In this document: one piece after another, positions 37,953-48,454 of the stretch | How positions within the stretch are numbered: the first letter of the stretch is position 1 | Layout: every line of letters begins with the position of its first letter | Source: an uncultured Gemmatimonadaceae bacterium | GTDB taxonomy: Bacteria > Gemmatimonadota > Gemmatimonadetes > Gemmatimonadales > Gemmatimonadaceae | Length of the DNA: 64,000 bases | Reading direction: 5' to 3' | NCBI GenBank assembly: GCA_963790305.1 | Contig: CAWBOC010000010.1 | Location: 160,001 to 224,000, forward strand | Position numbers and translations under genes: made by a program | The notes under the pieces: generated by a model | What the model saw: only the letters and a program-made list of their open reading frames with translations | What the model was told of the DNA's origin: nothing | The model's database searches: none

Positions 37953-40554
37953 ATGCATCGTCGCATAGCTCTCGGCGTTCTCTCGGCGGTTTCCCCCTTC
38001 GTACTGCAGGCCCAGCATTCTTTCTCTGAAGGTGGCGGCGTACGACGCCGCCGTCCCGACGCCGCAAAGCGTCCTCGGCTACGAGATCGGCGAGCGGTTC
38101 ACTCCCCATCACATGATCATGCGCTATCTCGATCGCCTCGCGGCGACGAGCCGGCGCGTGAAGGTCGACACGGTCGCGCACACCTTCGAGGGGCGCGAGG
38201 TCGTCATGGTCATCGTCACCGGTGAGGCGAATCAGGGACGCATCGACCAGATTCGCGCCGACAACGCCCGGCTCGCGACACTCACCGGCTCGGCGGCGGA
38301 GCTCGACGCGATTGCCGCTCGCTTGCCGGCCGTGGCGTGGCTCGGCTTCAGCGTGCACGGCGACGAAGCGTCGGGAGTCGAGGCGGCGATCGCGCTGCTG
38401 TATCAGCTCGCCGCCGGGACGGACGCCGACACGCGACGCGTTCTCGATGAGACGGTCGTGCTCATCGATCCGGCGCAGAATCCCGACGGGCACGAGCGAC
38501 ACGTTCAGGATGTCATGCGCATGCGCACCGCGTTCGGCGTTCCGACGTCACCCGATGCGCGCGCGCACACGTCGAATTGGCCGGGGCCGCGCACGAGCCA
38601 CTACTACTTCGACATGAACCGCGACTGGTACATCCAGTCGCATCCGGAGACGCGCGGACGCATTCGGTCGATGCTCAGCTGGTGGCCGCACGTCGCCGTC
38701 GACTTGCACGAGATGGGGTCGAACTCCACGTACTTCTTTCCGCCGCCCATGGCGCCGGTCAACAAGAACGTGCATCCGTCGATCATCCGCTGGTGGGATG
38801 TGTACGCCGCGGCGAACGCGGCGGCGTTCGATCGGCATGGCTGGTCGTACTTTCGGCGGGAGGGGTACGACGAGTTTTATCCGGGCTACGGATCCTCGTG
38901 GCCGCTCTACGCCGGCGCGATCGGGATGACGTACGAGCAGGCGTCGAGCGAAGCCGGCGCGATTCGCCGCGATGATGGAACGATCCACACGCTGCGCGAC
39001 GCGACCTGGGGCCACTACACGACGGCGTGGGCGACGGTCGACGCCACGGCTCGCAATGCGCGGCAGCGCGTACGCGATTTCCTCGCCTATCGACGGAGTG
39101 CCGTAACCGATGCGCAACGTGTCGCGGCGCGCACCGTGATCATCGAGCGGGACGCATACGCGCGTGCCGATTCGCTGGCCCGTCGTCTTTCCGACAACGG
39201 CATTGTCGTCGGGCTCGCACGCTCCGTGGATGTCCGGAGCGCGACGCCGTATCCGGGGAATTCTCCCGGTTCCGGGGGATCCCTCGCCTCGGCGTACGTC
39301 GTCGACCTCGCTCAGCCGCAGGGCAGGCTCGCACGCGCGATTCTCGAGCCGGATGCCGAGCTCGACTCCGCGTTCATCGCCGAGGAGCTGGAGCGGCGGC
39401 GGGCCGGCCGGTCGGATCGCTTCTACGACGCGACGGGATGGAGTCTCCCGTACACGTATCGCGTGCGCGCCTGGATGTCGCGAGCCCCGGTGACCTCGTC
39501 GCCGGTGGACACTGCATGGCGATCGACGGCGACCGCTCCGGACAGCGCGCGGTATGGCTACGCGATCGAAGGTGGAACTGAAGCAGGCTATCGGCTGCTC
39601 GCCGCCTTGCTGCGCGACAGCGTCCGCGTGTGGTACCAGCCGGGCGCGTTTCGATCGGGCAGCTCGCGCGTGGGTCGTGGCTCGTTCGTCGCGCGCGTGG
39701 TTGGCAACGGGCCACGGCTGCACGCACTCGTCAGGCAGCATGTGGCGGCCGCTGGCGCCCCGGTGGTGAGTCTCTCGGGGTCGGGGGTCGACGAGGGATT
39801 CGATCTTGGGAGCAACCTCGTCTTTCCAGTGCGTCAACCACGAGTGGCGATCATCGCCGGCCCGGGTGTGAGTGGCCAGTCAGCCGGGTACGCGTGGTAC
39901 ATGATGGATCAACGCCTGCGCTATCCGGCCACGATTCTCGATCCAACCGCGGTGAGCGGAGCGATGCTCGACGACTACAACGTGATTGTCCTTCCGTCCG
40001 TGCAAGGCGCCTTTTTCGAGCGCATGCTCAGCGAAGGGGGTCGAGACCGCCTTGCATCGTGGGTGCGGGCGGGTGGCACGCTGGTGACGCTCGAGGCAGC
40101 GACCGCCTGGGTCGCCACCGAGCGGGTCGGATTGTCGCGCCTCCGCGTTCGACGCGACTCCGTGCGAGCCGACAGCTCCGCGGGCGCGCCGCTGCCGGCC
40201 GGGGTCCCTGGCGCCATCGTGCGTGTCGTCGCGGACACGCTCTCTCCGTTGCTGGCGGGAATCGTCGAGCGCGAGTTCCCCGCCTACATCTTCTCGGACC
40301 GCGTGTTCACCTTTCCGCGCGACGTGCGGGCGGGGGAGTCGGTCCTGCGCTACGCACCGGAGTCTCGGCTGCGAATCGCGGGATATCTCTGGCCGGAGGT
40401 TCCGTCGCGACTGGGGGACTCGCCATTCCTGTGGACCGAGAGCGTGGGCCGCGGACGCGTGATCTCGTTTGCGGTGGATCCCAACTTCCGCGACATGTGG
40501 CGCGGCCTGCTTCCCCTGTTCGCGAACGCGGTGATGCTGGGGCCCAGCATGTGA
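37953..40554 (+). CDS. M14 zinc carboxypeptidase, secreted; frameshift near 38035
   Basis: Signal peptide in one frame, mature protein in the next; 'VHGDE', 'NPDG', 'DMNRDW', 'DLHEMG'. Confidence 0.88.
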
Positions 40555-40874
40555 GCTACGATCGCGGACTGGCCGAGCGCGTCACCGACGTGCTGGCGCG
40601 AATGAGCGTTCGCGGTGCCCGACAGAAGAACGTGTTCGGCGGACGCGGCTTTCTCCTCGGGAAATCCGCGTTCGTCATTGTGTGGGACGACGGGCTGATC
40701 GTGAAGTGTCCGCCCCCCGAGTACGCGGCGGCGCTGGCGTCGCCGCACGTCGAGCCGTTCGCTCCCGATGGCGAGAAGCCGATGAGCACGTGGGTCGTCG
40801 TCGCTGGTGACGCCATCGCCGACGATCCCGAGCTGGAGGAGTGGCTGGGGCGGGGGATGCGCGCGCTTCGGTAA
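40551..40874 (+). CDS. TfoX/Sxy N-terminal-domain protein
   Basis: GTGA overlap; 'YDRGLAERV', 'KNVFGGRGFLL', 'PMSTWVVV', 'ELEEWL'. Confidence 0.75.
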   Translation: MSYDRGLAERVTDVLARMSVRGARQKNVFGGRGFLLGKSAFVIVWDDGLIVKCPPPEYAAALASPHVEPFAPDGEKPMSTWVVVAGDAIADDPELEEWLGRGMRALR

Positions 40875-40883
40875 CGGGAGCGC

Positions 40884-41780
40884 CTAACGGCGATGCTGGC
40901 TGACAAACTCCCAGATGGCGTCGGTGGCGTCGAGTGCCGCGCCCCGGCTGGTGAGCGGCCAGCCGTGGTCCCCGCCTCGGAGCGTGAGGAAGACGACGGG
41001 AGCGCGGCAACGACTCATCCAGCTATCGCGCAACGCCTTCCCGGCGGCAAGCGTGTCGCGCTGAGGCTGGATCACGGCACACTCGTTTGCGCGCGCCCAG
41101 AACGTGGCCCCCTCGGGCGCCGGGATCGGGCGGCTGCCGCGAGGCGAAAGAGCGACGGCGTCGTAGTGCACGACGTCATCCGCATCGCCGTGGATGATCA
41201 TCATCGGCACGGGAGCACGGGGCGGCTCGATGCGCATGACGCTGCCGTCACCGGAGCGCATGCCGATTGCCCCCGCGACGACGGCGGCAGCGGCGATGCG
41301 AGAGGAGAGATCGGCGGCAATCCGGTGCGCAAGGACGCCGCCGTTCGAGTGACCCGCGACATACACACGCCCGCGGTCCACTCGATACCGAGCCGAGAGT
41401 GTGTCAATGAGCGCACCAATGAAGCCGACGTCATCGATGGGCTCGGGCAATCCGAATCCGAGGGACCAACCGCGCGGCGTCCCCGTGCCGTCGGGTGCGA
41501 CGAGGAGGAACCCCTCGGCATCGGCCTTCGCGTCGAATCCTGACCAGTGGATCATCCGCTGGCCGCTGCCGCCGCGGCCGTGAAGGGCGATGACGAGCGG
41601 CAGCGTGCGCGTGGAGTCGGCCGCGGAAGGAACGCGGATGGTGTACGTGCGCTCGATGCCATCCCACGTCATATGACCGCGTTCGCTGCGTTGAGCTGCT
41701 AGCGCGGAGGCGGAGAGCCCGAGGCCAAGAAGGACGAAACGGCAGATGCCCGCCGAGGGCCGCAGAAACCGCAACGGCAT
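40884..41780 (-). CDS. PHB-depolymerase/LpqC-family secreted esterase
   Basis: 'PLVIALHG', 'DDVGFI', nucleophile 'GHSNGG', 'IHGDAD', 'GGDHGWP'. Confidence 0.87.
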   Translation of the reverse strand: MPLRFLRPSAGICRFVLLGLGLSASALAAQRSERGHMTWDGIERTYTIRVPSAADSTRTLPLVIALHGRGGSGQRMIHWSGFDAKADAEGFLLVAPDGTGTPRGWSLGFGLPEPIDDVGFIGALIDTLSARYRVDRGRVYVAGHSNGGVLAHRIAADLSSRIAAAAVVAGAIGMRSGDGSVMRIEPPRAPVPMMIIHGDADDVVHYDAVALSPRGSRPIPAPEGATFWARANECAVIQPQRDTLAAGKALRDSWMSRCRAPVVFLTLRGGDHGWPLTSRGAALDATDAIWEFVSQHRR

Positions 41781-41788
41781 TCCGTTGA

Positions 41789-43192
<1,404 letters not shown>

Positions 43193-43307
43193 CGAGTCGG
43201 AATGCGGAATGCGGAATTCGGATTGCGAATGGTCATGGGAAAGATGTATGGCGGTGAATGAATGCGGAATGCGGGATCCGGATACCAGCAGTAGCGGCGA
43301 ACGCTTT

Positions 43308-43759
43308 ATGGTCGAATTGACAGCGACTGCGCAGGTCTCCTTGGAGTCAATCCTGGGTTCACCCCATTATCTCAGGTGGGCATCAGCGTTGCAGCCCAAT
43401 GTCACCGCAGATCCGTTGTGGCGTGTGTCAGCATATCGGCTCAGTTCCTACCTCGGCGACATGGCGTGGGACGACGCACGCGCCCTGTGGCTAACGGGGT
43501 AACGCGGCCCGTCGCGTCGCAACTGTACCGAGCGGTTTGGTCTGTCTCGGCAAACATGGCGGAGGGATATAGTCGATCATCCGGCCGCGATCGGGCACGC
43601 ATCTTCGAATACGCGCTGGGGTCCGCTCGAGAAGCAGCGGTCTGGTACCAGGCCGGACGTCACGTGCTCTCTGACGAAATCCTCAGCGTTCGACGTGCAA
43701 CGCTAGCGGAAATCAGGCGGCTGCTGCTGGTGATGGTGCCAGTGGAGCGTAAGAAATGA
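43308..43759 (+). CDS. Four-helix-bundle protein (TIGR02436/IVS/Avd-like), frameshift near 43490
   Basis: C-half 'SQLYRAVWSVSANMAEGYSRSSGRDRARIFEYALGSARE' matches the family signature; N-half 'DPLWRVSAYRLS' lies in the adjacent frame. Confidence 0.8.
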
Positions 43760-43762
43760 AGC

Positions 43763-43790
43763 GGGCTCCGAATTCCTCCGTTCGGAGCCC
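43763..43790 (+). terminator. Hairpin just after the four-helix-bundle stop
   Basis: gggctccgaa-ttcctccg-ttcggagccc; no U-tract. Confidence 0.45.
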
Positions 43791-43848
43791 TCAGACCACT
43801 CGTACCTCTCGTAGAAATCCGCATTCCGCATTCCGCATTCGAGCGCGA

Positions 43849-45117
43849 TCAGTCCACCAGCATTCCCCCCGGCTCCTCGACCAGCTCCTTCAGGCGCACC
43901 AGAAACAGCACCGCCTGCTGGCCATCGACGATCCGGTGATCGTACGACAGCGCCACGTACATCATCGGGCGGATCTCCACCTTGCCATCGAGCGCGACAG
44001 GGCGGTCCTGGATCTTGTGCAGGCCGAGAATTCCCGACTGCGGGGAGTTGAGGATCGGGGTCGACACCAGCGAGCCGAAGACGCCGCCGTTCGTGATCGT
44101 GAACGTGCCACCGGTGAGATCGTCCATCGAGAGCTTGCCGTCGCGCGCGCGCTTCGCGACGTCGATGATGTCGCGGGAGATCTGTAGCAATCCCTTCGTG
44201 TCGGCGTCCTTGATCACCGGAACGACCAGCCCCTGGTCCGAGGCGACCGCGACGCCCATGTGGACGTAGTGCTTGTAGACGATGGAGTCGCCGTCGATCT
44301 GCGCATTGACGATCGGATACGACTTCAGCGCCATGCACGCCGCGCGCACGAAGAAGGGCATGAAGGTGAGCTTGACGCCTTGCTCTTTCTCGATGCGCTC
44401 CTTCAAGCGGTCGCGCAGGCGCATCACCGCGGTCATGTCGACTTCGTTGAACGTCGTGAGATGCGCCGTACTGCGCTGCGCCTCGAGCAGGTGCTCCGCG
44501 ATGCGCTTGCGGCGCGTCGACATCTTCTCGCGCGTTTCTCGAGAACCGGAAGGCGCGGGGGACTTAGGCGCTGGAGGCGCTGAAGGCGCTGGCGGGGCCG
44601 GCGGCGTTGCGGGCGCCGAGGGCGCCACACGACCGGGCGCCGTCGCCGACGCGGCGAGCATGTCGCCCTTGGTGACGCGGCCATCACGGCCGGTTCCCTC
44701 CACCTGCGCCGGGTCGACTCCCGTCTCGGCAGCGACGCGCCGAACGGACGGGGACGTCTTCGTCTCTCCGCCTCCGGCGCGTGGTGGAGCGGGTGCCGGC
44801 GCAGCCGGCGCCGACGGCGCTCCTTCCGTCCTCGTCGCAGCCGGCGCTTGCTGCGCGGTCGCGCCGGCGGCTGCCGGCACGGCCGCCTCGTCGAGCTCGC
44901 CCAGGGTCTCGCCGACCTTCACGACGTCGCCGTCATTCTTGAGGCGCTTCGCGAGGACCCCCGACGCCGGCGCGGGCACCTCGACGTTGATCTTGTCCGT
45001 CTCGAGCTCGACGAGCGCGTCACCCTTCTGCACGGCGTCGCCCTCGTTCTTGAGCCACCGCGCGATCGTTCCTTCGACAATGGATTCGCCGAGAGCCGGC
45101 ACCTGAATCGCAGTCAT
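43849..45117 (-). CDS. odhB: 2-oxoglutarate dehydrogenase E2, dihydrolipoamide succinyltransferase
   Basis: Lipoyl domain 'LGESIVEG...LETDKINVEV'; E3-binding 'GTGRDGRVTKGD'; 'TNGGVFGSL', 'LSYDHRIVDG'. Confidence 0.96.
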   Translation of the reverse strand: MTAIQVPALGESIVEGTIARWLKNEGDAVQKGDALVELETDKINVEVPAPASGVLAKRLKNDGDVVKVGETLGELDEAAVPAAAGATAQQAPAATRTEGAPSAPAAPAPAPPRAGGGETKTSPSVRRVAAETGVDPAQVEGTGRDGRVTKGDMLAASATAPGRVAPSAPATPPAPPAPSAPPAPKSPAPSGSRETREKMSTRRKRIAEHLLEAQRSTAHLTTFNEVDMTAVMRLRDRLKERIEKEQGVKLTFMPFFVRAACMALKSYPIVNAQIDGDSIVYKHYVHMGVAVASDQGLVVPVIKDADTKGLLQISRDIIDVAKRARDGKLSMDDLTGGTFTITNGGVFGSLVSTPILNSPQSGILGLHKIQDRPVALDGKVEIRPMMYVALSYDHRIVDGQQAVLFLVRLKELVEEPGGMLVD

Positions 45118-45205
45118 GATGCAGTGATCCCCGAGTGTGCTTCCGATTGCTCGCCGCCACGTGCCGGCATAGGATTCTGCCGAAAATATAACCCCGAGTC
45201 TTCGC

Positions 45206-46249
45206 GTGCGAGCACTGACGATCTCCGCCCACGGTGGGCTGGAGCAGCTGCAATATCGAACGGACGTCGTCGAGCCGGTCATTCGCGCTCCCGACGAGGT
45301 GCGGATCCGCATCCGTGCGGCGGCGCTCAATCGTCTCGATCTGTTCGTGGTCGAAGGGCTCCCCGGCGTCGTCATCACGCCGCCCTGGATCATGGGCGGT
45401 GATGGGGCCGGCCTCGTGGACGACATCGGGTCCGCGGTCAAGGGAATCCGTCGTGGCGACCGCGTCATCATCAATCCGGGGATCTCGGATCGTACCTGCG
45501 AATACTGCATCAAGGGCGAGCAGTCGCTGTGCATCAAGTACCGGCTGCTCGGCGAGCACCTGCCGGGGACGATCGCCGATTACGTCGTCGTGCCCGCGAC
45601 CAACGTGCGCATCATCCCCGACTCGATTCCCTGGGATGCGGCAGCGGCGTTCAGCCTCGCGACGCTCACGGCGTGGCGCATGGTGGTCACGCGTGCACGG
45701 GTTCAGCGCGGCGATAACGTACTCATCTGGGGGATCGGAGGCGGCGTCGCGCTGGCCGCGATGCAAATCGCGACGATGTTTGGCGCAACGACGTGGGTGA
45801 CGTCCGGCAATGACGACAAGCTTCGGCGCGCCAAAGCACTGGGCGCCGATGAAACGCTCAATCATCGGACGCAGGATGTCGCGAAGGAGATCCGGACGCG
45901 CACCGGCAAGCGGGGCGTCGACGTCGTCATCGACAATGTGGGAAAGGACACCTGGGCGCGATCGCTGCAGGCGCTCGGACGCCGCGGTCGGCTGGTGACG
46001 TGCGGCGCGACGTCGGGGCCGTTCGTCGAGACCGACATCCGCCGCATGTTCTGGAACCAGTGGTCTCTGATGGGCTCGACGATGGGCAACGATGACGAGA
46101 TGGATTCCATCACCCAGCACCTGCGCGAGGGACGCCTTCTCCCGCCCATTGATTCGGTCCACGACCTCGAGCGAGGTGCGGAGGCCGTTCACCGCCTCGC
46201 GAGCGGGAAACACTTTGGCAAGGTCGTCGTACGGGTGAGTGAAGACTGA
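45206..46249 (+). CDS. Zinc-binding (MDR family) dehydrogenase/reductase
   Basis: 'AAALNRLD', 'GGDGAG', 'CEYC..GEQSLC', 'IWGIGGGV', 'GKVVV'. Confidence 0.9.
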   Translation: MRALTISAHGGLEQLQYRTDVVEPVIRAPDEVRIRIRAAALNRLDLFVVEGLPGVVITPPWIMGGDGAGLVDDIGSAVKGIRRGDRVIINPGISDRTCEYCIKGEQSLCIKYRLLGEHLPGTIADYVVVPATNVRIIPDSIPWDAAAAFSLATLTAWRMVVTRARVQRGDNVLIWGIGGGVALAAMQIATMFGATTWVTSGNDDKLRRAKALGADETLNHRTQDVAKEIRTRTGKRGVDVVIDNVGKDTWARSLQALGRRGRLVTCGATSGPFVETDIRRMFWNQWSLMGSTMGNDDEMDSITQHLREGRLLPPIDSVHDLERGAEAVHRLASGKHFGKVVVRVSED

Positions 46250-46252
46250 GAG

Positions 46253-46338
46253 CCGAATTCGGAATGCGGAAGACGGATACCGGCGATACCGAATCGCGGC
46301 GTCTCAGCTGCCATTCCGCATTCCGAATTCCGCATTCG
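46253..46338. repeat. Gene-less inverted GGAATGC heptamer array
   Basis: ccgaatt cggaatg cggaaga cggata ... cattccg cattccg aattccg cattcg; starts 4 nt after the stop at 46249. Confidence 0.88.
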
Positions 46339-46351
46339 AGGGACACGACCC

Positions 46352-46870
46352 GTGAGTCGTATTGAGGAAATGATCGCCGTCGGCGCAACGATTCCGCAGG
46401 CCATGCATCACCTGCTGACGGTCGAGCGCATGCGCGCGTGGATCGCGCCGGATATGGCGCTGCTGGCCCGCGGGGCGTCGCCAACCCTCTCGCCGGGCGA
46501 TCGGTTCCGCCTCGAGGCGTTGGGCGCGGTCGGATTCGACTACGTCGTCGAGGCGATCACCGATCGTGAGGTGGTGCTGTCGTTCGAGGGGCCGTGGACG
46601 GGAAGCGAGCGATGGAGCTTCGTCGCCGACGGGGCGGAGACCATCGTACGACGCGCGTACGACGTCACCGACGACTCGGTCGCGGCCTGGACCGTGTGGA
46701 ACACGATCGGGCGCCCGCTCGTGCTCGCGCATTACAAATTCGAGCTATCGCGGTTTCGCGAGGCGGTGGAGCGGGAGCCGGGTCCGCGAGGGGAGATCGA
46801 AGGACGGCCGGAGGCCGCGCAACCGGCGAAGCGCCTGGAGCCGCTCGATTTCCCCGTCGACGAGGGATGA
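46352..46870 (+). CDS. SRPBCC/START-like domain protein
   Basis: Helix-grip-like pattern ('..AWIAP', beta-strands, C-terminal helix 'ELSRFREAVE'). Confidence 0.6.
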   Translation: MSRIEEMIAVGATIPQAMHHLLTVERMRAWIAPDMALLARGASPTLSPGDRFRLEALGAVGFDYVVEAITDREVVLSFEGPWTGSERWSFVADGAETIVRRAYDVTDDSVAAWTVWNTIGRPLVLAHYKFELSRFREAVEREPGPRGEIEGRPEAAQPAKRLEPLDFPVDEG

Positions 46871-47091
46871 CCGAGCAGGCGCAGTACGAGTCCGACGAGC
46901 AGCGAGTGATTCGCGAGAGCTGGGTGCGCGATTCCGCGGCGACCTGCCCACGCTGTGGCGTCGCCATGACCTCTCGCCCGATCGGCGGAGGCTCCTTCGG
47001 CCTGGGCTATGCGCGTCGGCGAACCTGGCTGATCTGCCCTTCCTGTCGCCGAAGCGTCATCTTCGACCGGGCACGGGGAACCAGGACCTGA
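46867..47091 (+). CDS. Small zinc-finger protein
   Basis: 74 aa; ATGA overlap; 'CPRC'...'CPSC'. Confidence 0.7.
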   Translation: MTEQAQYESDEQRVIRESWVRDSAATCPRCGVAMTSRPIGGGSFGLGYARRRTWLICPSCRRSVIFDRARGTRT

Positions 47092-47124
47092 GTACATATT
47101 CCTGTTCCTGATTCCCGGTCCTGA
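47074..47124. repeat. Short inverted heptamer array (CAGGAAC-type) overlapping a stop codon
   Basis: cggggaa ccaggac ctga ... ttcctg ttcctga ttcccgg tcctga. Confidence 0.6.
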
Positions 47125-47135
47125 CACCCCACTTC

Positions 47136-47888
47136 ATGGATTTCGCCGAGCGTCTCCGCGCCTCCTTCGCCGATCTCGGGCAGCTGCTTCCCGCGCTGAT
47201 CGGCGCGCTCATCATCGTCTTCGCGGGATACCTGCTCGCGAAGCTGCTCGAGAAGGGGATCGATCGCACCCTGGCCAGAGTGGGACTGAACCGCTGGCTC
47301 GAGCGCGGCGGCGTCATGGACGCCATGGCGAAGACGGGCCGGCGCTTCACGCCATCGCAGGTATTCGCGAACATCGTGTTCTGGCTCGTCATGTTCGTGG
47401 TGCTGACGGTCGCCGCCAACGCGCTCGGCCTAACGGCGCTGGCGGAGGTGTTCAGCGAGCTGGTGAGCTATCTGCCGAGCGTGATCGCGGCAATCATCAT
47501 CATTCTCGTCGGGATCGTGCTGGGGGAGTTCGTCGACGGGTTGATCCTGGCCTCCGCGGGAAAGATCCACGGCGGTCCCACGCTGGCGCGGGTCGGGCAG
47601 GCGGGGGTCGTCATGCTGGCGGTGTTCATGGCTCTCCAGCAGCTGGGAATCGCCACGAACATCGTCACGACCGCGTTCGCGATCCTGTTCGGCGCCGTCG
47701 CGCTCGGTCTGGCGCTGGCCTTCGGTCTCGGGAACCGTGACCTGGCAGGGAGAATCACCCGCGAGTGGTACGAGCGCATGCGGGCCGAGCGGGAGGCAAT
47801 CGCTCGTGAGGTGGCGGAGCGTGACGTGCGGGACGACGTCGAGCGACGCCAACTGGAATCGGCGGGGAAGGACGGTCCACGCGAGTGA
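47136..47888 (+). CDS. CmpX/MscS-like transmembrane-helix protein
   Basis: Repeated 'LPALIGALIIV' / 'YLPSVIAAIIII'; 'ALQQLGIAT.IV..AF.ILFGAVAL.LALAFGLG'. Confidence 0.8.
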   Translation: MDFAERLRASFADLGQLLPALIGALIIVFAGYLLAKLLEKGIDRTLARVGLNRWLERGGVMDAMAKTGRRFTPSQVFANIVFWLVMFVVLTVAANALGLTALAEVFSELVSYLPSVIAAIIIILVGIVLGEFVDGLILASAGKIHGGPTLARVGQAGVVMLAVFMALQQLGIATNIVTTAFAILFGAVALGLALAFGLGNRDLAGRITREWYERMRAEREAIAREVAERDVRDDVERRQLESAGKDGPRE

Positions 47889-47897
47889 TCTCTTCGC

Positions 47898-47925
47898 TTG
47901 ACAACCTCGCGAATCCCTGTATGCT
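47898..47925 (+). promoter_or_regulatory. sigma70-type promoter
   Basis: TTGACA-N16-TATGCT upstream of the ORF at 48043. Confidence 0.6.
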
Positions 47926-48042
47926 CTAAATCCGGGCGCCATCGAAAGTCGGCCCCTGTGATCGCTGCTCGCCTGCCTCGAGGTCGTATTGACGCCCTCC
48001 TCGGACACCCGAGCTCCGGACCTCTGAGCCGGACGGTGTCTC

Positions 48043-48342
48043 ATGTCTGACGAAAGAGCAGCTTCGACCGCGTTTTCTCGCTCCCGGTCGGCCGTACTCC
48101 AGGAAATCGCGATGGTCATCAGGCACTGCCCGGACAGTCCTGATGCAGAGAGCGAGCTTGGCGTGGCCGCGCGGCTCCTCTCCGAAGACACGCGGCGCCG
48201 ATCGCTTCCGATCGAGCGAGCGATCATCGACCTCAAGACAGCGCTGCTCGCCGAGGCTCCCGATCTCGCGGCGGTCGACTCCATGTCGGCGAAGCGCGCG
48301 CGCGTCATCCGGATGACCATCGAGGAGTACTATCGCTCGTAG
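48043..48342 (+). CDS. Hypothetical protein
   Basis: 99-aa helical ORF downstream of a predicted promoter. Confidence 0.6.
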   Translation: MSDERAASTAFSRSRSAVLQEIAMVIRHCPDSPDAESELGVAARLLSEDTRRRSLPIERAIIDLKTALLAEAPDLAAVDSMSAKRARVIRMTIEEYYRS

Positions 48343-48454
48343 TCCGGGATGACTGGTCGGTAACAGCATCCGAACAGGTTGGTACGTTCAGAGAGCGTGG
48401 CGCCCATGCCGCGCTCTCCGCATGTTGTCCCTGTCCCTTGCCGGAGCCGCTCGC

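Larger units (their letters stand above)
43198..43841. mobile_element. Putative cassette: inverted GGAATGC heptamer arrays flanking a four-helix-bundle gene
   Basis: Left arrays 43198-43231 and 43256-43283; right array 43817-43841; sits between the odhB stop (43849) and the lpdA start (43192). Mobility is inferred, not shown. Confidence 0.55.

Noticed and set aside
43308..43759. Diversity-generating retroelement (Avd-like gene)
   Set aside because: No reverse transcriptase and no template/variable repeat pair in the window; also not inside an rRNA gene.
44560..44600. AGGCGCTGG-like 9-nt repeats inside odhB
   Set aside because: Single arm; adequately explained by the Pro/Ala linker of E2 subunits.
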